Part shown: positions 1 to 8,840 of the stretch, in pieces
Layout of the letters: each line of letters starts with the position of its first letter
How positions within the stretch are numbered: the first letter of the stretch is position 1
Assembly: GCF_000018305.1 (NCBI RefSeq)
Contig: NC_009954.1
Coordinates: forward strand, 150,001 to 182,000
From: Caldivirga maquilingensis IC-167
Lineage (GTDB): Archaea > Thermoproteota > Thermoprotei > Thermoproteales > Thermocladiaceae
DNA: 32,000 nucleotides
Direction: 5' to 3'
Program-made: the position numbers and the translations under genes
Notes under the pieces: generated by a model
Told to the model about the DNA's origin: nothing
Databases searched by the model: none
What the model saw: only the letters and a program-made list of their open reading frames with translations

Positions 1-192
1 ACGAACACCGTGAGCGGCATTGCCGTGGACCTAAACACGGGCGCCTACGCCATACTACCTCCCATAAACCTAGCTAGCTTTTCGAATTTTAAGCCGCCAA
101 ACAGTGGTACCTACGTATTTGGCGTAGCTGGCAACACGGGAGGCGCCTATGCCAATTGGGCAATACTAGCCGTTAATTACACGGCGCGTTAG
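1..192 (+). CDS. 3' end of a CDS entering from upstream of the window; hypothetical Gly/Asn/Thr/Ala-rich protein, probably extracellular
   Basis: Frame 1 is open from base 1 (acg aac acc gtg...) to TAG at 190-192. The track ORF 10..192 is its tail. No recognisable motif. Confidence 0.4.
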   Translation, partial: TNTVSGIAVDLNTGAYAILPPINLASFSNFKPPNSGTYVFGVAGNTGGAYANWAILAVNYTAR

Positions 193-589
193 GTACTCAG
201 CAGATCCACTGTACATTACGGGTTAGTTAACCCTCAGCAGGCTTATCAACAGAAGTAATTACGTTAAGAACTCATTATTTATTCATACCTCGCTTTTCAG
301 GCTAATTTCACACGCATTTTTCTACATCGTCATATTAGCCGTGGCAGCAGTACCCTCAACCATTGAGGATGAGGAAGTAAGGGGCTGCAGGTTCATGAAA
401 CTAGGGATGGAGATTAAGGTTGAAAATAATACTTGCTAAACCTAGGTTTGGTTGACTATGAACTTTGGGCCACACTGCCTGCTGGGTCTTATGCTCCTAG
501 GAATGCCTCAAGGACCAGGTAGCATTATGGTTATTGCAAGCATGTAACTAAATTCAGTACACCTGTGTTACCATGTTGTTTACTGGCCT

Positions 590-826
590 GTGGACAACAC
601 CACGGAACTATACATAAGTAGGGTGGATGCAAAGAGGGGTATTGCTAGGCTTATGGAATTCATGAACATAGAAATAACCGAAGTAATGAATAATGAGGGT
701 AAGGCAGGATTCCATAGCAGGAATCTAGAGAGCATTATGAAGCTCAATATACCAATTAATACAGTGGGTGCCCAGGGACTTCATGAGAATAACCGTAAGG
801 AGAGCCGAGGGACTGACCCTAGTTAA
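590..826 (+). CDS. questionable hypothetical ORF (78 aa, GTG start); may be a fragment of a decayed gene
   Basis: The strand is purine-rich like real + strand genes here. There is no motif and a non-ATG start, and it lies in a 940-bp ORF-poor tract with other coding-like fragments in the same frame. Confidence 0.2.
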   Translation: MDNTTELYISRVDAKRGIARLMEFMNIEITEVMNNEGKAGFHSRNLESIMKLNIPINTVGAQGLHENNRKESRGTDPS

Positions 827-1131
827 TGATTAGGGGTTAGTGGAGCCTGGCGTTAGGGATGTTAGGGTTAATGTCATTATTCAGTTCATGAGATATGGCT
901 TCGTTAAGAAGGTGAATACCGAGAGAATGAATGGTGGCAAGGTTGTTGAATTCATTTACATGCATAATTAATCCTTAATGTCCCTCAGGTGGAACCCTGT
1001 GGATAAGTACCTAAACAATAACCTGTAATGCATAATGGAGATTAGGGTTCCTGAATTCCTCACTAAGGGTATTTAGCTAACTCATCCATGGAGAAAATAT
1101 TATTAAATGCTATTTCAACAGTTAATGCATC

Positions 1132-2331
1132 ATGAGGATCTCTACAAGATCCTCAATGTTCCCGGGATCTAAGATAAGGGCTATTAATGAGGAGGTAGTT
1201 AGGCTTTCAAGCCGTGGTATTAAGATTTATGAGTTCCATATAGGGCAGCCGGGTTTACCACCAAGTAAGGACTTGCTTCTTGAGTTTACCAAGGAATTAC
1301 TTGAGAAACCCTTTGAGCTAAGCATGTACACGCCCAGTAGCGGCATTGATGAGTTGAGGGTCATGATTGCCAATGACTATAGTAAGTACTCTGGGGTCAA
1401 TGTTACGCCCAGCGATGTATCTGTCACGGCAGGGTCCGCAGAGGCACTACTTGCATTGTTCATGGCCGTAATAGATGAGGGTGATGAGGTTGTCCTCACG
1501 GACCCCACGTACTTAATGTACGAACCTGTAATTAGATTTCTTGGTGGCAAGGTTATTAAAGTAAGGGCCAGGGAGGAGCTGGGCTGGTTACCCAGTGAGG
1601 ATGATTTGAGGAGTGCCGTGGGCAGGAAAACTAAAGCCATAATCCTGGTTAATCCAGACAATCCCACGGGTAGGGTACTTGGTGAAAAGATCATTAAATT
1701 GGCTGTGGACTTGGCGAAGGACTATGATGCCTATGTGATCTACGATGAGGCATATAAGCATCTTTACTACGAGGGAAACCATACATATGCCCTTGGGCTT
1801 GATATGGAGCATGTGATTGCCGTAAATACCTTCTCCAAGGACCCCGCAATGCCTGGTTGGAGGCTCGGCTACGTGGTTACTCATGAGGAGTTTATCAAGG
1901 TTTTTAATAGGGTTAAGCAGTACACGAATCTAAACCCACCAACACCATCCCAGTACGCAGGGCTACTTTACTTAACTAAGTACAAGGAGAGGTACCTAAG
2001 TGAGACCCTGCCCATTTACAGGTCAAGGATGGAGACCATGTACAAAGCCATTAGGGAATACTTGCCCAAGGCCGCTGTGGTCAAGCCCAGGGCTGGCTTA
2101 TTCATGTTCGTGAACCTTAAGCCATACCTGGAGAAACTTGGCATTGATGATGAGGAATTCTCCTTGAAATTAATAAGGGATGCCCACGTAGCCGTGGTCC
2201 CAGGCTCTGCCTTTGGCGATAACGGTAAGTACCATGTGAGGATGAACTTCGCTAGGGAGGATGAGAATAACATTGTTGAGGGAGTTAAGAGGATAAGTGA
2301 GTATTTAGAGGGAAAACTAAGTAATCCATAA
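1132..2331 (+). CDS. class I/II PLP-dependent aminotransferase (aspartate/aromatic aminotransferase-like)
   Basis: 399 aa. Has LVNPDNPTG (the NPxNPTG motif) and NTFSKDPAMPGWRLGY (PLP-lysine SK...GxRxGY motif). An A/T box AAATATTATTAAAT lies about 25-35 nt upstream of the ATG. Confidence 0.85.
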   Translation: MRISTRSSMFPGSKIRAINEEVVRLSSRGIKIYEFHIGQPGLPPSKDLLLEFTKELLEKPFELSMYTPSSGIDELRVMIANDYSKYSGVNVTPSDVSVTAGSAEALLALFMAVIDEGDEVVLTDPTYLMYEPVIRFLGGKVIKVRAREELGWLPSEDDLRSAVGRKTKAIILVNPDNPTGRVLGEKIIKLAVDLAKDYDAYVIYDEAYKHLYYEGNHTYALGLDMEHVIAVNTFSKDPAMPGWRLGYVVTHEEFIKVFNRVKQYTNLNPPTPSQYAGLLYLTKYKERYLSETLPIYRSRMETMYKAIREYLPKAAVVKPRAGLFMFVNLKPYLEKLGIDDEEFSLKLIRDAHVAVVPGSAFGDNGKYHVRMNFAREDENNIVEGVKRISEYLEGKLSNP

Positions 2332-2474
2332 CTAGGTAGAACTCAATGATAGTAAAGTTAGGTAAAACAATAGCAGACATGATCAAGGTGAGTGGGGAGT
2401 ATGAGAAAGGAACTAAGTGATGAGGCGAGGGTTAGGGTAAGCACATCACGGCGGTGCCTCGAGGAATTAAATTG

Positions 2475-2496
2475 GTAGTGGTATTGTAGTGGTATT
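2475..2496. repeat. tandem direct repeat, 2 x 11 bp (GTAGTGGTATT GTAGTGGTATT)
   Basis: Read directly at 2475-2485 and 2486-2496, in the convergent intergenic region between the aminotransferase and threonine dehydratase genes. Confidence 0.9.
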
Positions 2497-2637
2497 AAAA
2501 TATATTCACTGAGAAACACTGATGGACATGAGTAGATTTAATTAAGATGTGCTACTAATGACGATTAATGCAATTATGAGCAGGGACTCACGTTAAAAGT
2601 CAGCATAAAGTGTTGGCGCTGGATAATATACGCTGTA

Positions 2638-3669
2638 TTAAGTTCTGCCTTCATAAGCTTTCTCATTTTCAAGTATTTTCCTTAACCTCTCTACATCAAT
2701 GTGGCTGCCTGTTATTACAGCAACTACATTATAAACACCGCCTTGACCAAGCTTCTTAACTAAGTCACCATTTATTATAGGCCCTATTGCTATAGCGCCA
2801 GCCCCCTCGGCAATTACATGTTCATACTTAAGCAATACGTATACAGCTCTCTCAATGTCACGCTCATTAACTAAGAGCACGCCATCTAGGTAACGCCTTA
2901 TGTATTCAAAGGGTATCTCGCCAGGTCTAGAGGCAAGTCCGTCAGCGATAGTTTCAATGCTACTAAGCACCACAGGTTTACCCTCCTTAAGTGATAGTAC
3001 ATAAAATGGTGCATTTTCAGGTTGTACTCCATAAACCTTAGTACTTGGCTTAACATGCCTTACTAAGTAGGAGACACCAGCCGGTAAAGCACCACCACCA
3101 AGCGGTATAAGTATGGCGTCAACGTTGGGTAAATCCTCAAGTATCTCAAGTCCAATGGTTGTATGTCCAGCAATTACATAGTAATCATTAAATGTATGTA
3201 TAAGTTTAATCCTCTGATCACTTGAGGAAATCTCGAGAGCCTTCTTCTCAGCTTCAACGTACGACCTACCATACTTAATAACCTCAGCACCATATCTCTC
3301 CATATCCTCGACCTTAGACCTCTGCGTGGTCTCAGGAACAACCACGGTAGCCCTGACTCTCAATATGCTGGCTACGTATGCCAGAGCAACAGCGTGATTG
3401 CCAGTAGATACCGTTAGGAAGTGCTCATAACCGTCACGCATATACTTATGGACGGCAAAGAATACACCCCTAACCTTGAAACTACCGCTCCTCTGTAGAT
3501 TCTCCAGTTTTAAGTAGACATTTAAGCCATTACTTGATAGTCGCTCTGACCTATACAGGGGGGTTCTAATCACGTAACCCATTGATTCCATCCTTCTGGT
3601 GAATTCCCAAGCCTCCTGAATGAGGGGCATTAAATCAATGGATTTATTAACACCTACATTAATACTCAT
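2638..3669 (-). CDS. threonine/serine dehydratase (PLP-dependent, Trp-synthase-beta fold), short form without a regulatory domain
   Basis: 343 aa. Has SGSFKVRG (PLP-lysine motif of threonine dehydratases), the glycine loop LGGGALPAG, and STGNHA. Confidence 0.8.
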   Translation of the reverse strand: MSINVGVNKSIDLMPLIQEAWEFTRRMESMGYVIRTPLYRSERLSSNGLNVYLKLENLQRSGSFKVRGVFFAVHKYMRDGYEHFLTVSTGNHAVALAYVASILRVRATVVVPETTQRSKVEDMERYGAEVIKYGRSYVEAEKKALEISSSDQRIKLIHTFNDYYVIAGHTTIGLEILEDLPNVDAILIPLGGGALPAGVSYLVRHVKPSTKVYGVQPENAPFYVLSLKEGKPVVLSSIETIADGLASRPGEIPFEYIRRYLDGVLLVNERDIERAVYVLLKYEHVIAEGAGAIAIGPIINGDLVKKLGQGGVYNVVAVITGSHIDVERLRKILENEKAYEGRT

Positions 3670-3723
3670 TGTAAATCATGAATAAAGTATATTTTTAAGC
3701 TTTAAATTAACCTCACCATGCCG

Positions 3724-5568
3724 TTATCTCTTTATTTCCTCCATTATCTGGTCTATTGCCTTCGTCCTAAATGCACTGTAAACAGCCCAATAATGAAATA
3801 CCAATGTTATTATTGCAGCAATTACCGTGTCTATCGGGAAGGGTATCGCTTTACGTAGACCGAAAGAGCCATAATAAGAAAGTAACGTGATCACAATCAT
3901 GTAAGTTGGGAACCAAACCCCAGCCTTAAATTCCCTCCTTAAGTAATCACTACCTAGTCTATAAAGTATGGCCATGCTAACGTATATTAACACAGCCGCG
4001 ACGATTATGTACATTAGCAGGCCCGTGTCATTATAAACCCTTAACCCCTTAGTCACACTATAGAAGTAAGAAAATGCTGCAGCCACGCCTATAGCATCAA
4101 TGAAGCCTAAAGTTAATGACAGAGGAAGACTTACATTTAATCTCTTGTACGCATAATAACCAAAGTAAATGGGTAACCCCACGAATACTGCCAGAAAGAA
4201 CTTAGATACCGTACTGAACCCCGACCAGTAAATAATTAGGGATGCCGCAAGCGTCGCTACTGGGGCTAATACCGATGTAGCCCATAACCTGAATGGGCGA
4301 GGAAGATCGGGCGCAATCCTCCTCAGTGCCTGCACAGCTATACCACCAGTGACCATGTACGTGAGTACCCTACCAACTGTTGTGAACGAAACTATTGATT
4401 GCCAGGTTGGAAACGGCAATAGGTACAAGGCGCCAAGTACCGCTATTGTGATGAGGGACCACTTTGGTATTCTTGTACGGCTTAATACAAGGAACCAAGG
4501 TGGTAAATAACCGTCAGCCGCGATTCCATAGAGCGCCCTAGTTGCGCCTCCCGTAGATATAAATCCTGTACCTGCAGGTGATATAACGGCATCTGTTAGA
4601 AATACCACGACCCAAGCAGCTAAAAACGCGACAGCTACTGGCACGACGTACTTGAGGGACTCTAGCAACTGTGCTATTGGCGCCTTAGATATTGAGGATG
4701 TTCTCAATGCTGCCCAGGCACCCTCCTTAACACCAATTACGTCCCAGTGTATTGCACCTATGAAGGCGAGCTCAAGTAGTATGTATATTGTCATTGCTAT
4801 TAATATCGCGCTTATGATTGCAAAGGGGATGTCCTTACTGGGATTTTTACCTTCACCACCATACTCAATAGCCTGCCTAAAACCGAGGTAAGCAAATAAA
4901 ACGCCTCCAGTTGGCATCGCGTAAAATACCGCTGCCCAACCCGTGTACGGTGCAGTGCCACTCGTTGGTATGAAACCACCGCCAGCGGTGAAATTAGCCG
5001 GGTTGAATGCCAAGGCTATCATTATCATCGCGGTTATTGAGGGTATCAGTAATTTCCACCAGCCAAGGCCATAGACCGTATCACCAACGGCCTTAACACC
5101 TATGTAATTTACATAGATGAATAATGCTAGGAATAGATAGGCAACAACATAACCAAGCGCCGTCAAGATGCCGGTATGAGGATTGTATAGCTGTGGAAAG
5201 AAGAAGGATAAATATCGAGTCGCCGTTAAAGCCTCTGTGGGTGGTACAGCCGTTATGGCTAAGAAATAAGACCAACCAATTAAAAAACCAGCAAAGCCAC
5301 CAAACACGTAGTGTGGATATCTAACAAGTGCGCCTGACTTCGGTATCGCGGAGGCAATCTCAGCATTAGCTAATGCTACGAGCAGTATTATGATGCCGGC
5401 TATTATCCAGGCCAATAAGGCAGCGCCACCGGCATAGGAGGCGGCATACATGGGTGCAAACAACCAACCAGCACCGATTATTTCACCAATCGAGAGAAAC
5501 AATAACCTACGCCTATTTAAAGCTTTACGTAGTTCTCTATCGGTTTTGATACCGAAATCCTCCGCCAT
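3724..5568 (-). CDS. APC-superfamily amino acid permease
   Basis: 614 aa, hydrophobic throughout with at least 12 predicted TM segments. N-terminal IGAGWLFAP resembles the APC signature. It lies upstream of the dehydratase on the same strand. Confidence 0.7.
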   Translation of the reverse strand: MAEDFGIKTDRELRKALNRRRLLFLSIGEIIGAGWLFAPMYAASYAGGAALLAWIIAGIIILLVALANAEIASAIPKSGALVRYPHYVFGGFAGFLIGWSYFLAITAVPPTEALTATRYLSFFFPQLYNPHTGILTALGYVVAYLFLALFIYVNYIGVKAVGDTVYGLGWWKLLIPSITAMIMIALAFNPANFTAGGGFIPTSGTAPYTGWAAVFYAMPTGGVLFAYLGFRQAIEYGGEGKNPSKDIPFAIISAILIAMTIYILLELAFIGAIHWDVIGVKEGAWAALRTSSISKAPIAQLLESLKYVVPVAVAFLAAWVVVFLTDAVISPAGTGFISTGGATRALYGIAADGYLPPWFLVLSRTRIPKWSLITIAVLGALYLLPFPTWQSIVSFTTVGRVLTYMVTGGIAVQALRRIAPDLPRPFRLWATSVLAPVATLAASLIIYWSGFSTVSKFFLAVFVGLPIYFGYYAYKRLNVSLPLSLTLGFIDAIGVAAAFSYFYSVTKGLRVYNDTGLLMYIIVAAVLIYVSMAILYRLGSDYLRREFKAGVWFPTYMIVITLLSYYGSFGLRKAIPFPIDTVIAAIITLVFHYWAVYSAFRTKAIDQIMEEIKR

Positions 5569-5591
5569 ACATTCTTAACTTATTTAATGAC

Positions 5592-5600
5592 TTATAAATT
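5592..5600 (-). promoter_or_regulatory. TATA-like box for the permease gene
   Basis: TTATAAATT is centred about 28 nt upstream of the ATG at 5568, matching the archaeal leaderless promoter spacing seen at other genes in this window. Confidence 0.45.
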
Positions 5601-5620
5601 TTACCCTATATTACACATGT

Positions 5621-5638
5621 TATAAAATAGATTAACAA
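5621..5638. repeat. copy 1 of a perfect 18-bp direct repeat, TATAAAATAGATTAACAA
   Basis: Read directly. The identical 18-mer recurs at 5656-5673, a 35-bp period. Confidence 0.95.
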
Positions 5639-5655
5639 TACTCTAATTATCTGAA

Positions 5656-5673
5656 TATAAAATAGATTAACAA
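5656..5673. repeat. copy 2 of a perfect 18-bp direct repeat, TATAAAATAGATTAACAA
   Basis: Read directly. It lies in the divergent intergenic region between the permease (-) and the 5805 ORF (+). Confidence 0.95.
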
Positions 5674-5804
5674 ACTCCGACCTTGATACCCAATCGTGTG
5701 GTTCCTGGTGCTTAATTTCCTAATCATCACCCTGATGCCGGTTTCCTGGTTGATCATTGTAATGAGGAAAGGTATATATCTCAGTATAAAAAGATAAATT
5801 TACG

Positions 5805-6683
5805 ATGAGTGGGGGTGTGCTTGGTAGGGGGTTGAGGGTAGTGGGTTTGGTGTTGTTGTTTGTGGCTGTTCTCCTGATTCTCACTGGCCATGGGTTGAGT
5901 GGTGGTTTGGGGAAAGGTTCTCAATCAAGTGCTTTACCTGGGTCAGTGGGTGTTTTGTCCATTGGTTCCATACCAGTTAATGCCCCAGTCTTCGTTATTG
6001 GACCCAACACCCTACTAAGCCCTGTTAAGGGTTTATTGCTTAATGCCTCTATTACACCCATTGCATTAAGCCAATTAACCGAGACACCAAGCGATAGTTT
6101 CATAATAATTGATTGGGATTACATGAAGCCACTACTGATTAACCATTACGGCTTGAATTCCTCAAGCCTAGTCCTCAGTGTATTATCGAGGTTACTCTCT
6201 AGGGGTGATTTCATTGCACTATACGGTAATGCCAGTGATGAGGGTTTAATGGGCCTTACCCTAACCCTAGCATGGGCTAGGGGTGTGAATAATGAGTTAA
6301 TACTCTCCACGGGCAACTCCTACGCATTCAGAATGCTGCTAACGGCTGTCCCATTAATACCAATGAGGGGTGATGTCATGGAGATAGCCTACGGGGGTAG
6401 GGGTTGGTTAGCCATAGCACCAATACACGAAAACCAACTAATAAACTACATAATACCGTACATGATGATGAGGAGCGGGTTAATAAATGCATTAAAGGTG
6501 ATGCAGTACGTAGATCCTCCTGGTGACCCATGCTGGGAACTATGGCTTCAGTTCTACCCACAATCATCACCAAACGGAGTCTTTGAGAATAACGAGGTAA
6601 CACTGATATGGTTAGCACCACAGTGGGGCGGACCATACCTTAATTATTATGTTAATGGTTTGGGGGGCGTATCAGGATGGTAA
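5805..6683 (+). CDS. hypothetical secreted or membrane-anchored protein; probably the 5' part of a frameshifted gene
   Basis: 292 aa with an N-terminal hydrophobic anchor (LRVVGLVLLFVAVLLILTG). The rest is Asn/Gly/Ser/Leu-rich with N-x-S/T sequons. It ends 35 nt inside the next ORF. Confidence 0.55.
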   Translation: MSGGVLGRGLRVVGLVLLFVAVLLILTGHGLSGGLGKGSQSSALPGSVGVLSIGSIPVNAPVFVIGPNTLLSPVKGLLLNASITPIALSQLTETPSDSFIIIDWDYMKPLLINHYGLNSSSLVLSVLSRLLSRGDFIALYGNASDEGLMGLTLTLAWARGVNNELILSTGNSYAFRMLLTAVPLIPMRGDVMEIAYGGRGWLAIAPIHENQLINYIIPYMMMRSGLINALKVMQYVDPPGDPCWELWLQFYPQSSPNGVFENNEVTLIWLAPQWGGPYLNYYVNGLGGVSGW

Positions 6684-7419
6684 TGGCACATTCTTTATCG
6701 ACTCATGCATAGAATTCAATAACTACGGCGGTGCTGGTGATGGCACTGCAATCATAGGTGTATCGGTTAATAACTTCATAGATTATTCGGTCGCCCCCAC
6801 TATGGTTAGTAATGGTGGTTTTGAGGATTGGCAGCTTGGGGCCATGGATTACTACACGGGCTATGAGGATTATGTTAACGGACTGTCAAGCGCCTTCTTC
6901 GGAAGCGGTGGTGGGGTTCGGCCACATCTACCCCCCATTAGAGAGAGTATAAGCCTAACCACACCACAGGTAACTAATTATCAAGCACTCTCTATGACCT
7001 TAGTTGAGGGTAATTTCACCTGGGTCTTCAAAATAAAGAATGGCCACATAGCGGAGGGTTATTATAATGCCTTTGGGGATTCGGTTGGTGATGCGGAATT
7101 ATTCATACCCAGTTTTAATCCAAGCAACTCCTATGTGGCGTTTTTGCCTGTGGATTTTGAGAATTTGGTGGTTACTTCAAAGTACTGGGTGTTCACTGGG
7201 CGTACCTTAGAGCCATTCTGCACCTACAAGCTCATGTGGACTGATGTATTGTGGAATGTTGTCGTAACACCCATTACTCAAGTATCAACAGGTAGCTACT
7301 TATTCAACTTCAATAATACCTTTACAGGCATACTCATTGAAAACACACCACCAAACAGCTACCTAACAGGACTAACAACCGGAACAACACCATGCTACAC
7401 CCTACCATCACCACCGTGA
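6649..7419 (+). CDS. hypothetical extracellular-type protein without its own signal sequence; probably the 3' part of the same gene
   Basis: 256 aa, Gly/Asn/Thr/Tyr-rich with N-x-S/T sequons and no N-terminal hydrophobic segment. Its frame is +1 relative to 5805..6683, and the overlap contains a G6 run. Confidence 0.5.
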   Translation: MLMVWGAYQDGNGTFFIDSCIEFNNYGGAGDGTAIIGVSVNNFIDYSVAPTMVSNGGFEDWQLGAMDYYTGYEDYVNGLSSAFFGSGGGVRPHLPPIRESISLTTPQVTNYQALSMTLVEGNFTWVFKIKNGHIAEGYYNAFGDSVGDAELFIPSFNPSNSYVAFLPVDFENLVVTSKYWVFTGRTLEPFCTYKLMWTDVLWNVVVTPITQVSTGSYLFNFNNTFTGILIENTPPNSYLTGLTTGTTPCYTLPSPP

Positions 7420-7430
7420 AAACAACAACA

Positions 7431-7508
7431 TGGTGCCCCGGCCGGGATTTGAACCCGGGTCACGGGCTCGAGAGGCCCGCATACTTGTCCGGGCTATACG
7501 ACCGGGGC
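7431..7508 (-). tRNA. tRNA-Glu (anticodon CUC), 3' CCA encoded
   Basis: The reverse complement reads GCCCCGG-TC-GTAT-AGCCCGGACAA-GTAT-G-CGGGC-CTCTCGA-GCCCG-TGAC-CCGGG-TTCAAAT-CCCGG-CCGGGGC-ACCA. It has a 7-bp acceptor stem, a 5-bp anticodon stem with loop CU-CUC-GA, a T arm with a TTCAAAT loop, and G18G19 in the D loop. Confidence 0.9.
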
Positions 7509-7657
7509 TTATGACTCGTCTATACTTGGCTTTTTTAGCTTTTCCCACGCATTTAGCGTTTAATCGGGTTAATATTCCTTAATTTAATCAACCAGTGTAC
7601 TGCTACTGATTAATGCTTAAATGAATGCATTTAAAGCCTGCTTAATGCTTCTTATTC

Positions 7658-8404
7658 ATGGGGTTTCTTGATGATGTTAAGAGGCTTACTGAGCTTAGGG
7701 TTAAGTTAATGAGTGGTCCTGTGGCTAGGGCGCCTAGTTTAGTTAAGGCTATTGAAGGTAGGAATAGTGAGGGTTATGTTGGTTTAATAGCCGAGTATAA
7801 GAGGGTTAGCCCTAGTGGGGTTATTAGGCTTGACCTGGATGCCTACAGTTACTTCAACCAAGTATCATCCTACGCCACAGGCTTCAGTGTGTTAACTGAA
7901 CCATTCTTCTTCACTGGGAATACCTTATTCATTAGAATCGCCTCAATGTTCAGTAAGCCTATACTCTATAAGGACTTCGTTATTCATGAGTACCAGGTTG
8001 AGGAGGCCTTTAACAATGGTGCAAGCGCAGTACTCGTAATATATAGATTACTTAACGGTGATGTTGGGTGGCTTATTGATGCGGTTAGACGTAGGGGGCT
8101 TGAGCCACTTATAGAGGTTGATAATGTTAATGATGCTGTTAACGCCGCTAAGGATTACCCTGGATTCATGATTGGTGTTAATTCAAGGGACTTAGGTGAC
8201 TTAACAGTATCCCTTGAGAGGAGTATTGAGATAATTAGGGCTATTAGGGGTAAGGGAGTCTTGATCATTGCCGAGAGTGGGGTTAAGGGTAGGGGTGAGG
8301 TTGAGGCTTTAGCTAGGGAGGGTGTTAATGCTGTCCTCGTGGGTACTGCATTAATGAGGAATCCTGCCTTGGCTAGGGAGCTCCATGATGTGAGGCTTGG
8401 TTGA
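7658..8404 (+). CDS. trpC: indole-3-glycerol-phosphate synthase
   Basis: 248 aa with the IGPS motifs LIAEYKRVSPSG, VLTEPFFFTG, PILYKDFVIHEYQVEEA, IGVNSRDL, AESGV and LVGTALMR. Confidence 0.85.
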   Translation: MGFLDDVKRLTELRVKLMSGPVARAPSLVKAIEGRNSEGYVGLIAEYKRVSPSGVIRLDLDAYSYFNQVSSYATGFSVLTEPFFFTGNTLFIRIASMFSKPILYKDFVIHEYQVEEAFNNGASAVLVIYRLLNGDVGWLIDAVRRRGLEPLIEVDNVNDAVNAAKDYPGFMIGVNSRDLGDLTVSLERSIEIIRAIRGKGVLIIAESGVKGRGEVEALAREGVNAVLVGTALMRNPALARELHDVRLG

Positions 8405-8437
8405 AATGCTTAAAAACCTTGTTGATTAAAATTAAGC

Positions 8438-8818
8438 TTGGTGGTTAAGGCTAAGACGCTTACCTTATCAAAGTACTTAATGAATCTCAGTGACAATATT
8501 GATGCACGTAGGCTTAAGGAATTGATTGGAAGCCTACTTAACTTAACGTATATTGTTGCTGATGATGAGTCTGAGCTTAATGATGAGGGTGTTAACGATT
8601 TCCAGTACATTCTTCACCTTGCACTTGCTGTACTTCGATTAGCTGAGGAGCCATGCTTAACGTCTGATTGCATTAATAAGGTCATTAATGTACTGAGGAG
8701 GACTAGTGAGGTGGCTTACGGTTGCGTTAATGATTGCGGTGAACTTAAGGTGATTGCCGAGGAGCTTAGGAGTCTATATAACCATGAATTATCCTACTCA
8801 TCCTACTGGAGGTTTTAA
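8438..8818 (+). CDS. hypothetical helical protein with two CxxxC/Cx4C pairs
   Basis: 126 aa with a GTG start; ATG at 8480 is an alternative. Contains EPCLTSDC and YGCVNDCG. No recognised family. Confidence 0.4.
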   Translation: MVVKAKTLTLSKYLMNLSDNIDARRLKELIGSLLNLTYIVADDESELNDEGVNDFQYILHLALAVLRLAEEPCLTSDCINKVINVLRRTSEVAYGCVNDCGELKVIAEELRSLYNHELSYSSYWRF

Positions 8819-8840
8819 TGCGAGTACCCCTGTGTGAATA

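Noticed and set aside
1377-2273. Track ORFs 1377..1694, 1588..1884 and 2016..2273 on the - strand inside the aminotransferase gene
   Set aside because: They are antisense shadow ORFs of a motif-verified + strand gene. The peptides are low-complexity Ser/Leu/Thr-rich with no motifs.
2417-2448. GUGAUGA (2417-2423) in the aminotransferase/dehydratase spacer, considered as a C box
   Set aside because: No CUGA occurs at the required 12-nt spacing or anywhere within 80 nt. GTGATG...CATCAC merely forms a weak inverted repeat. The adjacent mini-ORFs (24-25 codons at 2346 and 2401) are too short to support.
4652-5324. Track ORFs 4652..4891 (+), 5124..5324 (+) and 5093..5275 (-) inside the permease gene
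   Set aside because: They overlap a 614-aa transporter ORF in another frame or on the opposite strand. Their composition is typical of frame shadows.
5921-6636. Track ORFs 5921..6103 and 6376..6636 on the - strand
   Set aside because: They are antisense to the 5805..6683 ORF, with no start or promoter context and no motifs.
5569-7520. Possibility that the hypothetical genes next to tRNA-Glu are an integrated element using the tRNA as attachment site
   Set aside because: There is no integrase or other mobile-element gene, and I could not find a second copy of the tRNA 3' segment (CCGGGATTTGAACCC or its complement) elsewhere in the window.
8410-8610. Track ORF 8410..8610 (-)
   Set aside because: It is antisense to the more plausible + ORF 8438..8818. 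The peptide is Ser/Leu-rich and shadow-like.
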